The notes: generated by a model from the sequence alone, not told the origin. Counted from the stretch's first letter, positions 25,301 through 39,300 are shown. The stretch: 64,000 nucleotides of DNA from Octopus bimaculoides (GCF_001194135.2 NC_068993.1:1500030-1564029); one strand, 5' to 3'. Numbers and translations are program-made.

Positions 25301-28300
25301 ATTAATCTACATTCTTATTTAAAGATATAGTGTTTTGAAGTGGATGGACAAAGGTGAAATAATTTAATTAACTAAAATAGTTCTGTTAGTAACTAAAGAA
25401 ACTAGTGGGATATCAGAAATTAAAGTTGGGAAAATATGAACACTAATAACATAGTAATGTCAAAATTTGAAGCCTCATTCGAACTCCAAACCAATATTTG
25501 TGCCTTCACACTGAAGATATTATTGCTAGGCAAATGTCACAAACTGATAGAGGAGAAAGAAGAAACCATTCTAATTAACACCTGTACACACCTGGTATCT
25601 ATTTTAACCACTATCTCCTGATACAAGAAAATCTAAAAATGACAAACTGACAAGAGAGCCTTAATGAAGTCATTCAACCTTCTAGAAATAGCAGCCAACT
25701 CTCAAATCACCCACTCATATTAAGAAATTGAAAGACACGTTGGAAAATTTAATCCCTGGTAGCATGATCACAGCCTGATTAAAGATCCGCTGGATCAGGA
25801 ATGGCCGGGAGCTAAACAACAACAAAAATATGGTATACACACACACACCAGATGAAACAATTTGCACAAGAATATAAAAATGGCTTCAAATTTAATATAC
25901 TAATGGTCTTGAAAATGTAAAAAATGAGAAATATTTTACCTCTATTTGAATTTGAAAGTCTTTATCGAATTCTTCAGCATGTAGAACACTGAGAGTATCC
26001 AAAAGTCCAAGACCTAAATAAAATGGAATTATATCATAATGCTTAAATCAGTAAACACACCTGAAACATCATTCCATTAAAATAACTATGTATTTAATAT
26101 CTATAGTGTATATACAAATGTAGAATGGTGCCAGCTGTGTAATATTTGGTCTCAGAGAAATTTGTTCTAAGAGAGATTTTGTGCATTAAAAACACAAAGT
26201 TCATTGAGAATGTCATCATCAGCAAATTGCAAGACACCACTGCTTCAACTTGCTTTAGTTTCCACAGTGGTGAATACTTCCAAACATTCCGATCATATCC
26301 TGAGATCTTCACATTCCAGTGTAGAAATCAGCAACCAAGACAATCACTGATTTGTGTGGTGCCTGTGAAATGTTGTTGTTGTTCCACCCTTCGTAGTGTC
26401 CAGCTGATTGTCATCATTAGTTTTATTTGGATCTGTTGCACAATCAACTTTAGGTGTCTTTATTCTGTTGTCACATATTCAAACATCTGCAACAATTTCC
26501 CTTCTCAATACTACACTCAAACTGCTGTTATACAACCTCTAGACGAAGTCTGTTCTTTAGAAGTAAGGAATACCCCCCACCCTTGACCAGCGGTAAAATT
26601 TAGACTCCAAATTAAAAAAACCACCTGATGACAAAATCTTTAAAAATAAAATAAAAATTCAAGCCCAAACAATAATTTATATCAAAGACATGTTAACACG
26701 AAGAAACAAATGGAAAGTGCTGGATAAAGAATAAAGTTCTTGAATGATGTAAATATTTAATTGAACTTACTAATAAACTCATTACGGATCTTGTTCCTTC
26801 CTTGCAAACTTAAATTACCATTAATTATACAATTAATGGCAGTCAGGATTGTACATTTGTAAGCAACTGTCTCAGTTTGAGTTATTTCTGTGACTAAAAT
26901 ACTAAAACGGTGAGCTTGATCAGTCTCTTTCTGAAATGGATAACAAAATACATGTTCATTTATGACAAAATACATGTTCATTTATGACAAAGTACATGTT
27001 CATTTATGACAAAATACATGTTCATTTATGACAAAGTACATGTTCATTTATGACACAATATATTTTAATTCATGATGAAAGATGTGCTAATTTAGTTTTT
27101 ATCTAAGTAATAAATCTAACATTAATCCTCATCTTAATCATCAATTTAACTGTCATTCCATTTAAGTTGTCTGAGCTTTTATATTTAATATATTTTCATG
27201 TAAACCTAATGTCTAAAATTTATTCTCATCTAAATCTATAGCCTAACATGCATTTTCATCTAAATCTTTAGTCTAATATTCATTGTCATCCAAATCCTTA
27301 ATTGAACACATAATTTCTAAGCGTAACCTTCATTCTGATCTAGGTCCTTCTTCAATGAAGCAGAAACAGAGAAAACCTTACTTTGTAATAATTCAAAGCT
27401 TCAAGAACAGCATAATAACTCTGTGGGCTGAACATACAGAGAACCGATAAGATTTCAAATAATTCTTTCTTCGTCATGCTGTGGTTGGTGTTTAAAGCTG
27501 CAACAAAAGACAACAAGATAATCGTTACATTTTCACAAAACCTGATAAACTTTGAAATAAGAAAAACTTTACATTATTTACATCTAATGGATATTTGTCC
27601 TCATCTTGTCTGTTGTTTCAGTAGATTTCCATCAAATGTAAATAATGTAAATAATTCCTCATCTCTTAAATGGAGAACTGTAAGAATAACTGCTTTCCAA
27701 ATCTATAAAACTATTTAAAAAAAGACTTGCTTTAACAATTTATGTAAGTCTCCCTAATTATTGCAAAGTTTTAATTGTGTGGTTGGTGTTAAGAAGGGCA
27801 TCCAGCCATAGAAATCATGCTAAACCAGACTGGAACCTGGTACAGCTCTCCCGCTTACCAGTTTTCAATCAAACCGTCCAACCCATGCCAGCAAGGAAAG
27901 CAGATGCTAGCGTGAAACCACTAAAACGTCTTGGAAACTGATGAGAAAATCAGCGGTGAATGTTCCTTGTTTCATGATTTTGTCTTCCTTGTCTGTCTGT
28001 TAAGTTTCTGCCCAGTTTTCATCTATTTTTCCTTTCTTTGTCGAACATTTTAAATATATATCATCATCATTTAACGTCCGTGCTGATTACATTGACAAAA
28101 TGTAACAGTTATTCGTTAATATCAACTGGAACAGCTTCTTATAGTGTTAAAGAATTTACTGAATTAAGGACTGAATCATTTTCTATAAATATACAGTGAG
28201 AGAGAGAGAATCAAACATATATAAACAAACTGGGTGTCTCATAATAATGGGACACGTTTTGGGTGCAGATAACTAGGATTGCAACAATGGCAAAAGTGAA

Positions 28301-29015
28301 GAGCCACAATTTTTAAATTACAAATTAAAGGGGCCCTGTCACTATAAGACACTCTGTGTATGTATATATATATGTAAGAGTGTGTGTGTGTAAATATAAA
28401 AGTAAATATACACATGATTGCTTTGTATGTGTGTATTTGAGATTCAGTCTTAATTGTTTTTGGAATTAAATTTCCCCTTTGCCCAGTAGATTTCACTCTG
28501 TAAGGATTTGAAATACATTTTTGGTTAGCACCAACCTACATTTCTATGGCAAGCCCTGTCCAACAGATGTTTTGGCTGATCATTTTAATTGTGGCCATGG
28601 CGCCTTCCTCCTTCTTTAACAAGGAAAAATGATAAAACAAAAATAAGAAAGATAAAAGATATTCAGATAGAGACAAACCTGAGGTCAGTTTTTTCAGGCC
28701 ATTTGGAAGTTCCAATATATGCATCATGCCAACATCGGTGCTCAATACTGTAGTAATACAGTTAAGACAATCAAACTGTAATATGGCATCAGAAAAGTTA
28801 GAAGGGCCCTGAATGGTCATTGCACAGAGACTATCCAGAAGACAGGTGAGGCCACCATTTTCTAAGAAATCCAACAGCCAAGAACTGGTGGCATTTTCAA
28901 TGTTTGATTTGAGGGTGTAGAGGGAATTCATGGAAGGCGTACAAGCCAGGGCAATGCATTCTTCAACTGTTTTTTGAACATTAACAACAAACACATCATA
29001 AATTGATGCATCCAT
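15603..29015 (-). CDS. INF2-like formin (DID-FH2-DAD, no FH1), whole spliced CDS span, more than 1060 aa
   Basis: 15 GT-AG exons with continuous phase except across the gap at 17721-18165. The translation follows inverted formin 2 through the DID, FH2 lasso (IHWSKI, CIW), GNYLN and DAD (MDRILQEV) motifs. Confidence 0.9.
17118..17381 (-). CDS. Formin exon containing the DAD motif
   Basis: Acceptor ttactcacag, donor G|gtatgt. ACSSALENKKGPMDRILQEVHGGNF carries the MDxLLxxL DAD core. Confidence 0.85.
17721..18165. other. Assembly gap probably hiding a formin exon
   Basis: N run. The flanking exons end in phase 0 (19106) and start in phase 1 (17381), so a 3n+1 exon is missing. Confidence 0.65.
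19106..19270 (-). CDS. Formin coding exon 13 (end of FH2)
   Basis: tttttcag|DVKLLFGELQ...YFCENVDDFSLQKCFQDLHEFYEAVKKCRT|gtaagt. Confidence 0.9.
19684..19804 (-). CDS. Formin coding exon 12 (FH2)
   Basis: CCLDETRNEVTALSNSLKQ...SIFIK|gtgagg, phase 2 to 0. Confidence 0.88.
19907..20088 (-). CDS. Formin coding exon 11 (FH2 post)
   Basis: ESCYGCAYGFKLSSLLEVSKIKATEFSYFNLLHHLV...EKAA|gtaagc. Contains the FH2 GFKLSSL motif. Confidence 0.92.
20395..20868 (+). mobile_element. Retroposed repeat (family B) with internal 60-65 bp tandem units and (GAT)n tail
   Basis: Units start gcatgatcgttgcc and the 3' end is ggacgttaaacaatgatgatgat. Homologous copies or fragments lie near 22320-22460, 27785-27910, 42440-42900 (minus), 46300-46555 and 50830-50960 (minus). 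Confidence 0.75.
20958..21215 (-). CDS. Formin coding exon 10 (FH2, GNYLN motif)
   Basis: VAALRSYQGERLLLHPTEQFLVEL...LILGAGNYLNQ|gtaaat. Confidence 0.93.
21459..21617 (-). CDS. Formin coding exon 9 (FH2 knob)
   Basis: LVGMQTLMNVTLFLTRSEYD...LIKILPTKEE|gtgagt. The acceptor gaggcag is the only in-frame one nearby. Confidence 0.85.
22150..22262 (-). CDS. Formin coding exon 8 (FH2 lasso/linker)
   Basis: tttttacag|EKSDNCIWRSSNDFLPIIPNFSKMEDLFYSNIPVENTH|gtaagt. Confidence 0.9.
22649..22971 (-). CDS. Formin coding exon 7 (end of DID/DD, linker, FH2 start)
   Basis: tctttag|NSEKWQLIENLIPKI...FTPSKKLKKIHWSKITPKEI|gtacaa. No polyproline in the exon. Confidence 0.9.
23960..24045 (-). CDS. Formin coding exon 6
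   Basis: ttttccag|TLGTPKYVSFLHILQDLLSLEYNSENEE|gtaaag, phase 0 to 2. Confidence 0.88.
24763..24864 (-). CDS. Formin coding exon 5
   Basis: ccttgcag|AFYSQKHKDEEDMQTKFEMDYQSPSALLDSIIEK|gtagtg. Confidence 0.88.
25940..26013 (-). CDS. Formin coding exon 4
   Basis: ttatttag|SLGLLDTLSVLHAEEFDKDFQIQIE|gtaaaa. Confidence 0.9.
26771..26930 (-). CDS. Formin coding exon 3 (DID)
   Basis: catttcag|KETDQAHRFSILVTEI...RNKIRNEFI|gtaagt. Confidence 0.92.
26943..27060. repeat. 22-bp minisatellite, 5 full copies
   Basis: Unit acaaa(a/g)tacatgttcatttatg in tandem, A/G variant order A,A,G,A,G. Confidence 0.95.
27382..27497 (-). CDS. Formin coding exon 2 (DID)
   Basis: ttgttgcag|ALNTNHSMTKKELFEILSVLCMFSPQSYYAVLEALNYYK|gtaagg. 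Confidence 0.92.
28679..29015 (-). CDS. Formin coding exon 1 (DID N-terminus); the exon begins at 29071 with 5' UTR
   Basis: Acceptor tctttctttcag at 29072, ATG 29015, MDASIYDV...WLLDFLENGGLTCLLDSL...DAILQFDCLNCITTVL...KKLTS|gtttgt. Confidence 0.9.
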
Positions 29016-30261
29016 GATTGGTAAATTGCTTATCAGGAACGGTCCAGACTAGAGTAATATGGAGATGATCACTGAAAGAAAGAGAAGTAAGTAAGATTTG
29101 TGAAACCTGCAGAGACAATGGTAATTGTTAGACATTGTAAGAATGGGGAAGAGGTGAAAGAATTTTAGCACAAATTTCAACATACAAAACTCAAGTGGAA
29201 CAAGCAATGGATTTCTTTCAGTTATCTAAATCTACTGACACACCTTTGATCAGCCCAGGGCTAAAGTAAGACACTTGCTCAAGGTTCAGTCCCCTAAAAC
29301 CATCTAACCACACAGCCATGGCTGCACCTATGTAACATAGGCTGAGATTATCCAAGCAATTAGTTGGCAAAAACTCCCTCTAGAAATATTTGAAATCTAA
29401 AATAAACAAGAAAAGGAGGTAACACTAATAGAATTTAATTGAAATGTTTAGACAATATAAACAAGAGATTGCTCTGTTTTGTTTTTATTATCTGGATCAG
29501 AGAGAGAGAGAGTGCAAATGAGAGGAGTCAACGGTCGCAAACGGTTAAAAAGAAAAAAAAAACAACAAAAACCAAAGATATTTTGAATCAGTAAATCAGA
29601 AATGTTTGCACGATTTACTCCAATTTACAAATGTGACATCAAAAAACTGATAACATAATTGTTGTCAGCAGCAAGAACAGTAGGCAGTTATTTATGTAAG
29701 ATGATATGATAAGGTTTACATAAAGACACCTAGTCTCTTAACCATCACCAATGTTACCACCAGCAGCAGCACTACCACCACCGCCGCTGCTGCTGCCACC
29801 ATCACCACTATCAGCAGCAGTGGCTAAACAACTGCCAAATGTGGCTTCCCAGCTGTTCATTGGTTGGTTGGCTAATGGCTGCTTTGAAATTTCAAATATC
29901 TTTTTTTTTTTTTGAACTGTTAGAATAAAAGACAGCAGCAGCAGCAACAGGGGGAGGACTGAGCACAAGGGTCGCATGGAGTTTGATGTAGAAACATTGG
30001 GGGAGGGGGGTTAATGCAGTTGATCTTTGTCGGGCCCCTTAATACTTCCTGCAAATTCCCGTCTCTGCTCATTGGATAAATTCTTACAGTTTTGAGTTTC
30101 TTATTAGAAGTCTCTTGAGAAAATCAGAATTATTGAGTTTGTTAAAATTATTATGAAGAATAATTAAGTTAATATGAGTATTGAGTACTTCCTTAATTTA
30201 TCAAGCTGCAATATGTTTAGACATTATACACATACACACAACTATGAGTGTATATATGTAA

Positions 30262-30306
<45 letters not shown>

Positions 30307-31734
30307 TAGATAGATATATAGGGTGACAGTACTACGCACTGACCAGTTCATATATGCTTGAGACACATTCAAACCCACAAGATAACCATTCACTGTAATT
30401 TGTATTGGAGAAAACCTCGGTGTAGACAAATAGGTGTAAATACACCAAATATGTTTACCTCGGGCCCTAACCAGACTGTGGGATGCATGCATTTCGGAGT
30501 GGTTACAAAAACAAGAAGGGAATAGCGTGTCTCCCTAAAAGATTATTAGTGCTGTAGATGGAAACTCTTTTGTTAAACCATCTGTGCTTTGCTGAATGGT
30601 CAGATATGATGGTGAGGGCTTTGACAATCTCATCAAGGGTACCAGAGTTAAACTGGTTTTGGAACATAACCTTTCTGTTAACACAAATGCTTTTGAAGAA
30701 ATCCAGATACAATTGATGCCATTAAAAGCAAGGACCTGCCTTTGAGGAAGCAGTTTTGGTTCCATTTTAGATTGGGATCAATGTGAAGTGAAATTCTATT
30801 AAGGGCCATAAAGTTGTAAATTTCTGAGGTTAGAGATGAGATTGTAAGCTTTTCTGGTCACTTCTATCAAGCTGAATAATAGGCCATATCAGATGTTATA
30901 TTTTGGAGACTTCTGTACCATATTCAAGACCACTCAAATACTTTTGTGTTATTGCCAAAACATACTGCAACACATTTTATCCAGCATTAACAATTCTGTC
31001 ACTCTATTCCTGTCATGGCTGTAATATATATATATAAATATAAATAATATATAAATATATGCATATACACATACATATATGGACATGCCTACATATATAT
31101 ATATATATATATATATGTATAAATACATGCATATATGGGTACAAGACATAAAAAAAAAAAAAAAAAATGAGAAACGAAAACTTAAAAAACAAAAACATAG
31201 AAAACGAACATTTTTTCGAACAACGCAAAAAACAAACAGAGAAAAGAGGCCTGCAACAATAAGAACATTCCCTTCATCAGTTGTCCCCCGTTTTATCTAC
31301 TCCATCATTTAACATCTGTTGTCCCATGGATTGAACAGTTTGACTGGGCTGGCATACTGGAAGGCTGCACCAGGCTCAAGTCTGATTTAGCATGGTTTTC
31401 TATGGCTTGAGAGTGTAATGGGTACTTCTACCAGTACAGGTGCCATTTGTGTGACACCAGTATCTGCCATGACTGCTATTTTGCTCAGCTTGATGGGTCT
31501 TCTTCTCAAGTATGACATAATGCCAAAGGTCTGTCATTGCTCCGTGAGGCCCAACACTCGAAAGGAACTCAGCCACCTTGCCCATCCAAGTGTACAGTAC
31601 TATATAGTCATTATTGCCGATCTTACCAATCAGTTTTGTACTAGGGGGTTCAATGGAGTGTTAGGCAACTATCCCATTATGTAACCCTGCGCTCTTCAGA
31701 GTAGCCGCTATGGAATGAAATATGGCAACTGCTC

Positions 31735-31785
<51 letters not shown>

Positions 31786-32461
31786 CAAATAATAAATGAG
31801 TATATGCATATATACGTACAGGTATGTGCATACCTACGTCTACCTGTATATATAGGTGCATATCTGGGTACAGGACATTGCAAACAAAACATAGACAAGA
31901 AAATAATAATAACCAGAGTACAGAAAACACACAAGCCACATAGAGAACATTTTCCTTCATCAGNNNNNNNNNNNNNNNNNNNNNNNNNNNNNNNNNNNNN
32001 NNNNNNNNNNNNNNNNNNNNNNNNNNNNNNNNNNNNNNNNNNNNNNNNNNNNNNNNNNNNNNNNNNNNNNNNNNNNNNNNNNNNNNNNNNNNNNNNNNNN
32101 NNNNNNNNNNNNNNNNNNNNNNNNNNNNNNNNNNNNNNNNNNNNNNNNNNNNNNNNNNNNNNNNNNNNNNNNNNNNNNNNNNNNNNNNNNNNNNNNNNNN
32201 NNNNNNNNNNNNNNNNNNNNNNNNNNNNNNNNNNNNNNNNNNNNNNNNNNNNNNNNNNNNNNNNNNNNNNNNNNNNNNNNNNNNNNNNNNNNNNNNNNNN
32301 NNNNNNNNNNNNNNNNNNNNNNNNNNNNNNNNNNNNNNNNNNNNNNNNNNNNNNNNNNNNNNNNNNNNNNNNNNNNNNNNNNNNNNNNNNNNNNNNNNNN
32401 NNNNNNNNNNNNNNNNNNNNNNNNNNNNNNNNNNNNNNNNNNNNNNNNNNNNNNNNNNCTC

Positions 32462-32514
<53 letters not shown>

Positions 32515-34514
32515 CAAATAATAAATGAGTATATGCATATATACGTACAGGTATGTGCATACCTACGTCTACCTATATATATAGGTGCATATCTGAGTAC
32601 AGGACATTGCAAACAAAACGTAGACAAGAAAATAATAATAACCAGAGTACAGAATCTTGGATAAGGGTTAACGATCTAAAGGAGATCTTGATCAAATAAG
32701 TTAGAGATAGTTGATGTAATGACTAGATCTACAGATATCTTGCTACTCAAGTTTCTATAACTATTAATAATGATTCATCATATTGACAGAAGCAGAAAAT
32801 TTGCATTTTCTATTCAAATTATAAAAGAAAGACTATAAGAATGAACTGACTAATCTATGACCATAGGACTGGCCAAAGAGAAGTGTGTGTGTGTGAGTGA
32901 GAGAAGCTATAAAATATTTTATTACCAGTTAAATCAATGTTAAACCACAAGAGTGTTTGACATGTAAAGACGAAATGACAAAGAAAGAAAAAACCAAGTT
33001 CATCTTATTTATATCAAGACTATTCATTGCCACATCTGATGAAAGAGAAATGTTGCTGGAGAAAATTTGGTAAATATAGACAGGAAGGCTGTTCAGAAGT
33101 CCAAGACTCAAATAGAGACATCGTTTAAAATGATGTTAGCAAATTAATCTAAGATTAAATCAGCAATCATGTCCCTCGCTTACAATAACATCGTTCATTT
33201 CAGCCCCACAAACTTTCTCTCTCTACACACACGTGTATATGTATATATATATAATCCGGGTATCAAAACAAAAATAACTGTATTATCTAGAGTAAACAGG
33301 AAGAAGATTGTGATTGGAACAAGTGGCTCATTCAAAATGATTGAAGAACATGTAGCAAGGTCAGCTGTGAATGTAGTTTATTAGTCATTCCTTTCAGTCT
33401 ATGAATCAGGCAGATATTGTTGTGAAGCAGTGGACCAACAGATTCATAAGTTGGACACCTGGTGATCAGGTGTTTGGCTTTTTTGAAATAAAACGGTCAA
33501 TTTACCTGCTGAAAGCTTCATCGAGAGAAAATGTCAACTTAGAATTCGTAGCAAATAAAATGGTTAGGGTGAAATTAGAACAGGGTTAAAAGAGTGTGTG
33601 TGTGTGTGTATCTGTATGCACACAGACACACACACAAACATACGCTTGGGTGTTGCTTAATAAATCGGTTAAAAGGGGTCAGCCGTATGCTTTTAAAAAG
33701 ATATTTCATGGAACATAACATTACAAAATGTTGGACAGTTGTGTGTGAAACGCGATTTAAGATTATAAATACATGATACAGAAACATAAATACATGGAAA
33801 AAATAATGAAAACAATTATGGTGCTCTCATCCCACTCCACCTTTTTTTTTCAGTTGATTAAATATTAAACGATGTACAGAAAGAAACATTTACAAGAAAG
33901 GTTAATATAAAATTTAGGAATTGAATTAGAATTTCCTAATTTCCAGTTTTATTAAACTTGTTTTGTTTTGATAAATAAATAATTTTAACAAATTATTAAA
34001 ATATACAAAGAAACTTCGACTGATTAGGTAAAAAAATGATATCGTATTTGGAACTCGTAATATAAAGAAAGGTGATGTTAATTGTGCAATGAAAGAAGCT
34101 ATTTAAATTAAGACAATTATTAGAACTTTAAAATATACATTTCAACCAAACAGAATAAGATAAACCCCGACCTGGTCCCAGTTACACATGCACAAAATAC
34201 CTGAAGCAATTAAGAAACCCACAACTTCATTTACAGGTATTTAAATAATTTTTAATTAGATGTATATTAACCTTCAAAAATAACTGTCCTTTAAAATTGC
34301 ACCCAAAAATATTGAATCCCATTTTTTGATAAAGGTTTAATCAAATAAATGGATTAAAAACAAACATTACAAAAGAGGAGGGCTTCAGAAATATGAAGAA
34401 ATTAATTAGAAAACACATAAAAAATACTCTAGGCATCGTTGAATGAACATTAATTAATGCAAAATAAAATTTTAAGGTAGAAATAAGGACGTCATTGACA
34501 CTAATTTTACTTAC

Positions 34515-34700
34515 ATAGGAGCAACATCGAACTCCTCCGTTTATCCAGACATAGAATATGTTTCTAGTTCAACAGATGACTCACGACTGAACTTTAAAAA
34601 TGGCGCCGTTTTTTTGAGAGCCGTTGTTGTTGTTGTTGTCGTCGTCGTGCCAACTGCGTTGCAATGTACCCGGGTGACAGCGGTGACAGCACTCACACAT
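34515..34700 (-). promoter_or_regulatory. Candidate non-coding first exon/promoter of the formin gene
   Basis: Locally CpG-rich patch with an AAAATGGCG (YY1-like) motif and a consensus minus-strand donor t|gtaagt at 34514 that could join the acceptor at 29072. The upstream boundary is a guess. Confidence 0.4.
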
Positions 34701-37700
34701 ATATCTTCATATACACACACATACAAACTTTCCCGATTTTATTGCTGTGAATTAAACTAGCAGGTTTCTCTCCAATCAACAGAGGAACCTTCCCACAAGC
34801 GGTTGTTTGATCTGGTAGAAATAGCAACCAAATTCGTTCACATTCCACCCAACCGTTTTTTGAAAAAAAGGAATGATATATCGGACAATGTAGTCTTAAA
34901 TATATAAGATGGGATGGTCATAACTAGAACGTCTTTAATCATAGGTCTTCTGAATTACGGTAGATCTAGCATTAATAATCAAATTCTTTTTAGAAAACTT
35001 TCATATAATTTTGATATTTTTATTGAATAATTTTTGAAAGCTTTTTCATTACTTTCCTTTTATCGTTTAAAATTTAATCAATTTTCCGTTGCAAATAATA
35101 TTATCTCAAACTAATTAGTCCTTTTTAAATTGGTTTTAACGATTCTGAATACCATTTGACAAATATTCGCTATAATTACTGGTAGAAGATTCCAGTAGAT
35201 ATTACAAATTATAATTTTATAACTGAGGTCTGTTAAGGAAACTTGCTCTATATTAATTGTAAATTATTTGACAAAATCGTTAGAGCGCCGAACAAAATGT
35301 CTGGATTGATGTATTATAAGCTATGGTCCTTTACGTTCTGGGTTCAAATACTTTGACTTTTGTACGTGGGACAAAATAACAAAGTATCAGACAATACTGG
35401 GTGGGGTCGACATAATTGACTCCCCCTACCCCACCCCATACACACATTTAAATTTCTGGCTTTGTGCCTTTATTAGAATTTATTGTTTTGTTGCTGCTAA
35501 GTTTTGAATTTGAACGGTTTATGTTGTTTGGATAAGACAGTTGGGCAATCATCGTCATTATTGTTACCATCCCCTATCACAATCACCATCTCTTACCACC
35601 ACCGCCGTCATCATCATCACCACCACCACCACCGCCACCATTATCACAGGCCTTGTCGCCATCGTCGCAATAATCTCCGCCGCCACCGTCATAGCCTAAA
35701 ACAAACATTAAAAGTCAATTAAGTAAAGAACAGTTTGTAGAATGGGGAAGGAAACGTGGGAAACATTTTGCGGATGTGCATGTGCATATATATACATGTA
35801 TGTATGTGTGTATGAATACGTATGTGTGTACATGTGTGTGTTGTGTATATGTTTGCCTTTATGTGTGTGTATGAAAGTGTATATGTACTTGTGAGTGTAT
35901 GTATGAATATGTGTGTGTGTGCGTGTGCATGTGTGCACACATAACGGATTTCAGAGGAAACGGTATTTAAATTTAAATAACTGGGCCATAAAGGGGAGGA
36001 GGTGAGGGGTGCAAGTATGTCAAGAATTAAGTGTAGGGCTTTGGAAGTATTACAGGAATTCACTTTTCAATTACGTGATTTTGAGTTCAGTCCCACTCCG
36101 CAGCATCTTAGGTAAGTGATTTCCCCAATAGCTTTGTGCCAACAAAGTCTTGTGAGTAGATTTGGGAGGCAGACACAGAAAGAAGACAGTTGGAGGAACA
36201 TATATACTAATATACAACAGGTTTCTTTCAGTTACATACATAGTTCCTGGTTTTAAGTGTGTCGTGAAAGGCCTGGGTGGAGGCCCAATTTTCTGAGTTC
36301 TTTTACAGGGCTTAGAAAAACTGAAGGTCCACTGCAATAAGTGTGTGAATCTGAGAGGGGAATATGTTGAATAAAATCATAATTAATCTATCCTCCTGTA
36401 TTTTCTTTTACACAAAACCAGGAACTTTTCAGCACCCCCTTGTACATACATACATACATACATACATCATGTTTTGGCCTGCCTAGCCAGCAGATGGCAT
36501 CATTCAGAAGCTACAACAATGCGAGGATGTGTATTGTAACAAGCAATGTATAACAACATTCAATAGTCTAGTCAATACAGTGATGCAGTGTCATCACGTA
36601 ACCTCTGCCATCCACACTAGCATGGGCATGGCAATTCAAAAGAATCCAACAAGTCCAAGGACTACAGCTTTTGCATTGGCTGGGTTTCCTATGCCAGGAG
36701 ACATTTCCTAATGCCAACCACTTAACAGAGTGTACCGAATCCCCTGTTTTCATGGCACCATCAATAGTGAGGCCACTAAGTCACTCACAAAACAAAAAAA
36801 AGGCCCTCAACTGAGTGGGAGAACAGTTGTAAGTGAGGTGGGTGTTGAGTAGCTAAAGTATGACTGAGGGACAAGAACAGGTGTGTTGTTGTGAAGAAGA
36901 TTCATGGCCAACCCACATAAGGGGTGGGTGGGAGTAGTCACTGCTCTTCACTGGATATAAATAAGCTACAAGAAGTGTTGGCATCCATCATTTCTCTTAA
37001 CAACAAACTAGCCATCTGCATGTGAAATTAGAGATCTCTCACTTGAAAAACAATTAAAGGTTAGCAATAGAAAGAGCATCCAGTTGTAGAACAATGCCTC
37101 AATGATACACTCATCTAACCCATGCCAGCAGTTTGTTTTGCAACCAAGTGGTTTCATGTTCAGTCCCACTGTGTGATATCTTGGACAAGTGTCTTCTACT
37201 ATAGCCCTAGGAAAACCAATGCCTTGTACATTTGACAGATGGAAACTGTGTGGAAAAGTGATCTGAGGGTGGTTTAGTCGCTATTTCTAGCAGACCAGGT
37301 GACCCTATAGAAGCTCTCTCATTGGTTCATAATGTTTAAAAGAGTGAAGGTGTGTATTTGAGACTTTTGTGGATGTGGTGTCTAGAAGTTTCTGTATTTG
37401 GTATCAGTCATGGCCTAGATGTATAATTAGCTTTGTAATGTAGGGCAGCTGACTTGTATCTTGTATCATTGTTGTAGCATCTGTTTAGAGTAAGAGAAGT
37501 ATTTTTAAAAACCTGAATAAGAAACCTGACCCTTGGCTTACTATGAAGCCCAACCTGTGGTTGCCACAAAAGGTCATCTGAGATTGTAAAATGAAACATT
37601 TGTAAAGAGCTGTGTTTTACCAAACACCCACCTAAAACATTTGCTTACTTAGATCTACTCCTAACTTTTTTTTATCCCAATGTAAAACAGTCATGGCTTT

Positions 37701-39300
37701 GATTAAAAACAAGCAGTTTAGCCATCACTCAAGAGTGAGTGTGACTCTGTGATTTGTACCATGGCTTTTCTTGTCAATTTTACGGAGTGATGAGCAGACC
37801 TAGTCCTCTTCTTGAGACTCCTACCCTTTGCCCAGCAGAATATAAAGAATATAAGAGCTGGAAGGAGAGAAAGCTACATCAGCACTGGGCTGGAACTCAA
37901 TTTTAGCTGAGTGGAGTGGAGCAATATAAAATGAAGTACCTTGCTCAAGGATACAATATGCCACCTGCTCCATGGATTGAACAGCAGCACCACCACCACC
38001 ACCAAGCAGACAGACAGACGGACAAAGACAGACAAGTAAACAGATAGCCAGCCAGTCAGAGCCAGAGAGAGAGAGAGAGAGAGATGGACAGGTAGACTGA
38101 GAGATATAAAAAAACACCGATAGATAGATAGATAGATGGAAGGATTAGGGGAAAGATTGATGGATGGAGGAGGGGAGGATGGTTGGATGGATAAACTGTA
38201 GGATATGGGGGGAAGAGTAAGGGTTTGTGCCAGTAGTGAGTATATATAAACAGTTTAAATGGGCAATTAATTAGTTTGTTGTGATACAGATAAAAATGTC
38301 TAAATATTTCAACCAGAGCCCTTTATCAGAATGCACATCTCTAAAGTCAGATTTATCTTCTTCCAAATAGCAAAATAATTTATTTCGTTTTTGAAATATT
38401 ATTTATGCAAGAAAAAAAAAAGAAAGCGGAACTTTTTACTTTGAGATACCTAATTGATGTTACACCGAAATCAATTATACTTTCCCACCGTAAAGATTTC
38501 TTTCCGCCAGTTTCAAAACAAAAACTTCACAACTTGTCCGTTCTTGTATTTTGGCGAGATCAAGTCTGTTTCTATGTCTTATTTACCAAATATAACAAAT
38601 ATAAAGCAATTAGTGAGTCCATTTTATTTTACGTAGCAAATAGTTTATCTTGAAATGATGATGTTTTATATATAAAAAGATTTTTACTTTTAAGAATTGT
38701 TTTGAAAACTTAATTCTATGTCATGTTTGGCTTCAGATTTCTCAGTAGTGTGGGTGTATGATACATACATACATACATACATACGGAGAAAGAGAAAGAG
38801 AGATGCTGGTTATTGAAATCGTTTACTTTCTGTGAGAGCGATTATATTTCAATTATTAATAATAAAAGAAATCATTATTATTATTATTATTGATCGTATA
38901 TCTGTTACGGTATATTACAAAATATATAAAAATGTGAATAGAAAACGCAAGGACATTAAATGGTAAAAAAAAAAGGGCGCTTCAGTGTTAAAGACGGTTG
39001 CTTTTTTATGGAAATGCTCGTACCTATTTTCAAACATTAAGTTTTATGTTGCTTCAAGCCATTATATATTAATAGGATTAAGTTTGTTTCGCAATGGCTC
39101 TGAAATTGCTTCAGAACATCAATTAAAGTATTTTCTAAAGAATCAACAAACATGAATTATGTTTATAACAATAAGACCACCATTTGTGTGTTCGTTCGTT
39201 CCTTAGCTACGACGAGGTGGGTGAGACCTGGTATATCTTGAAGAGGACATCTACCGGTCATACCTATTTGTTTGCCAATTACCTGTGTGCCATATCTGAG

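Noticed and set aside
29738-29977. Gly/Ala/Ser-rich ORF
   Set aside because: Trinucleotide low-complexity tract with no splice context or homology.
31732-32652. ~200-bp near-identical duplication on both sides of the gap 31964-32458
   Set aside because: Only about 3 substitutions plus a microsatellite and flanking a gap; typical of uncollapsed haplotypes or a scaffolding artefact.
35504-35722. His/Arg-rich ORF
   Set aside because: (CAT/CAC/CGC)n simple repeat next to a SINE tail; not coding evidence.
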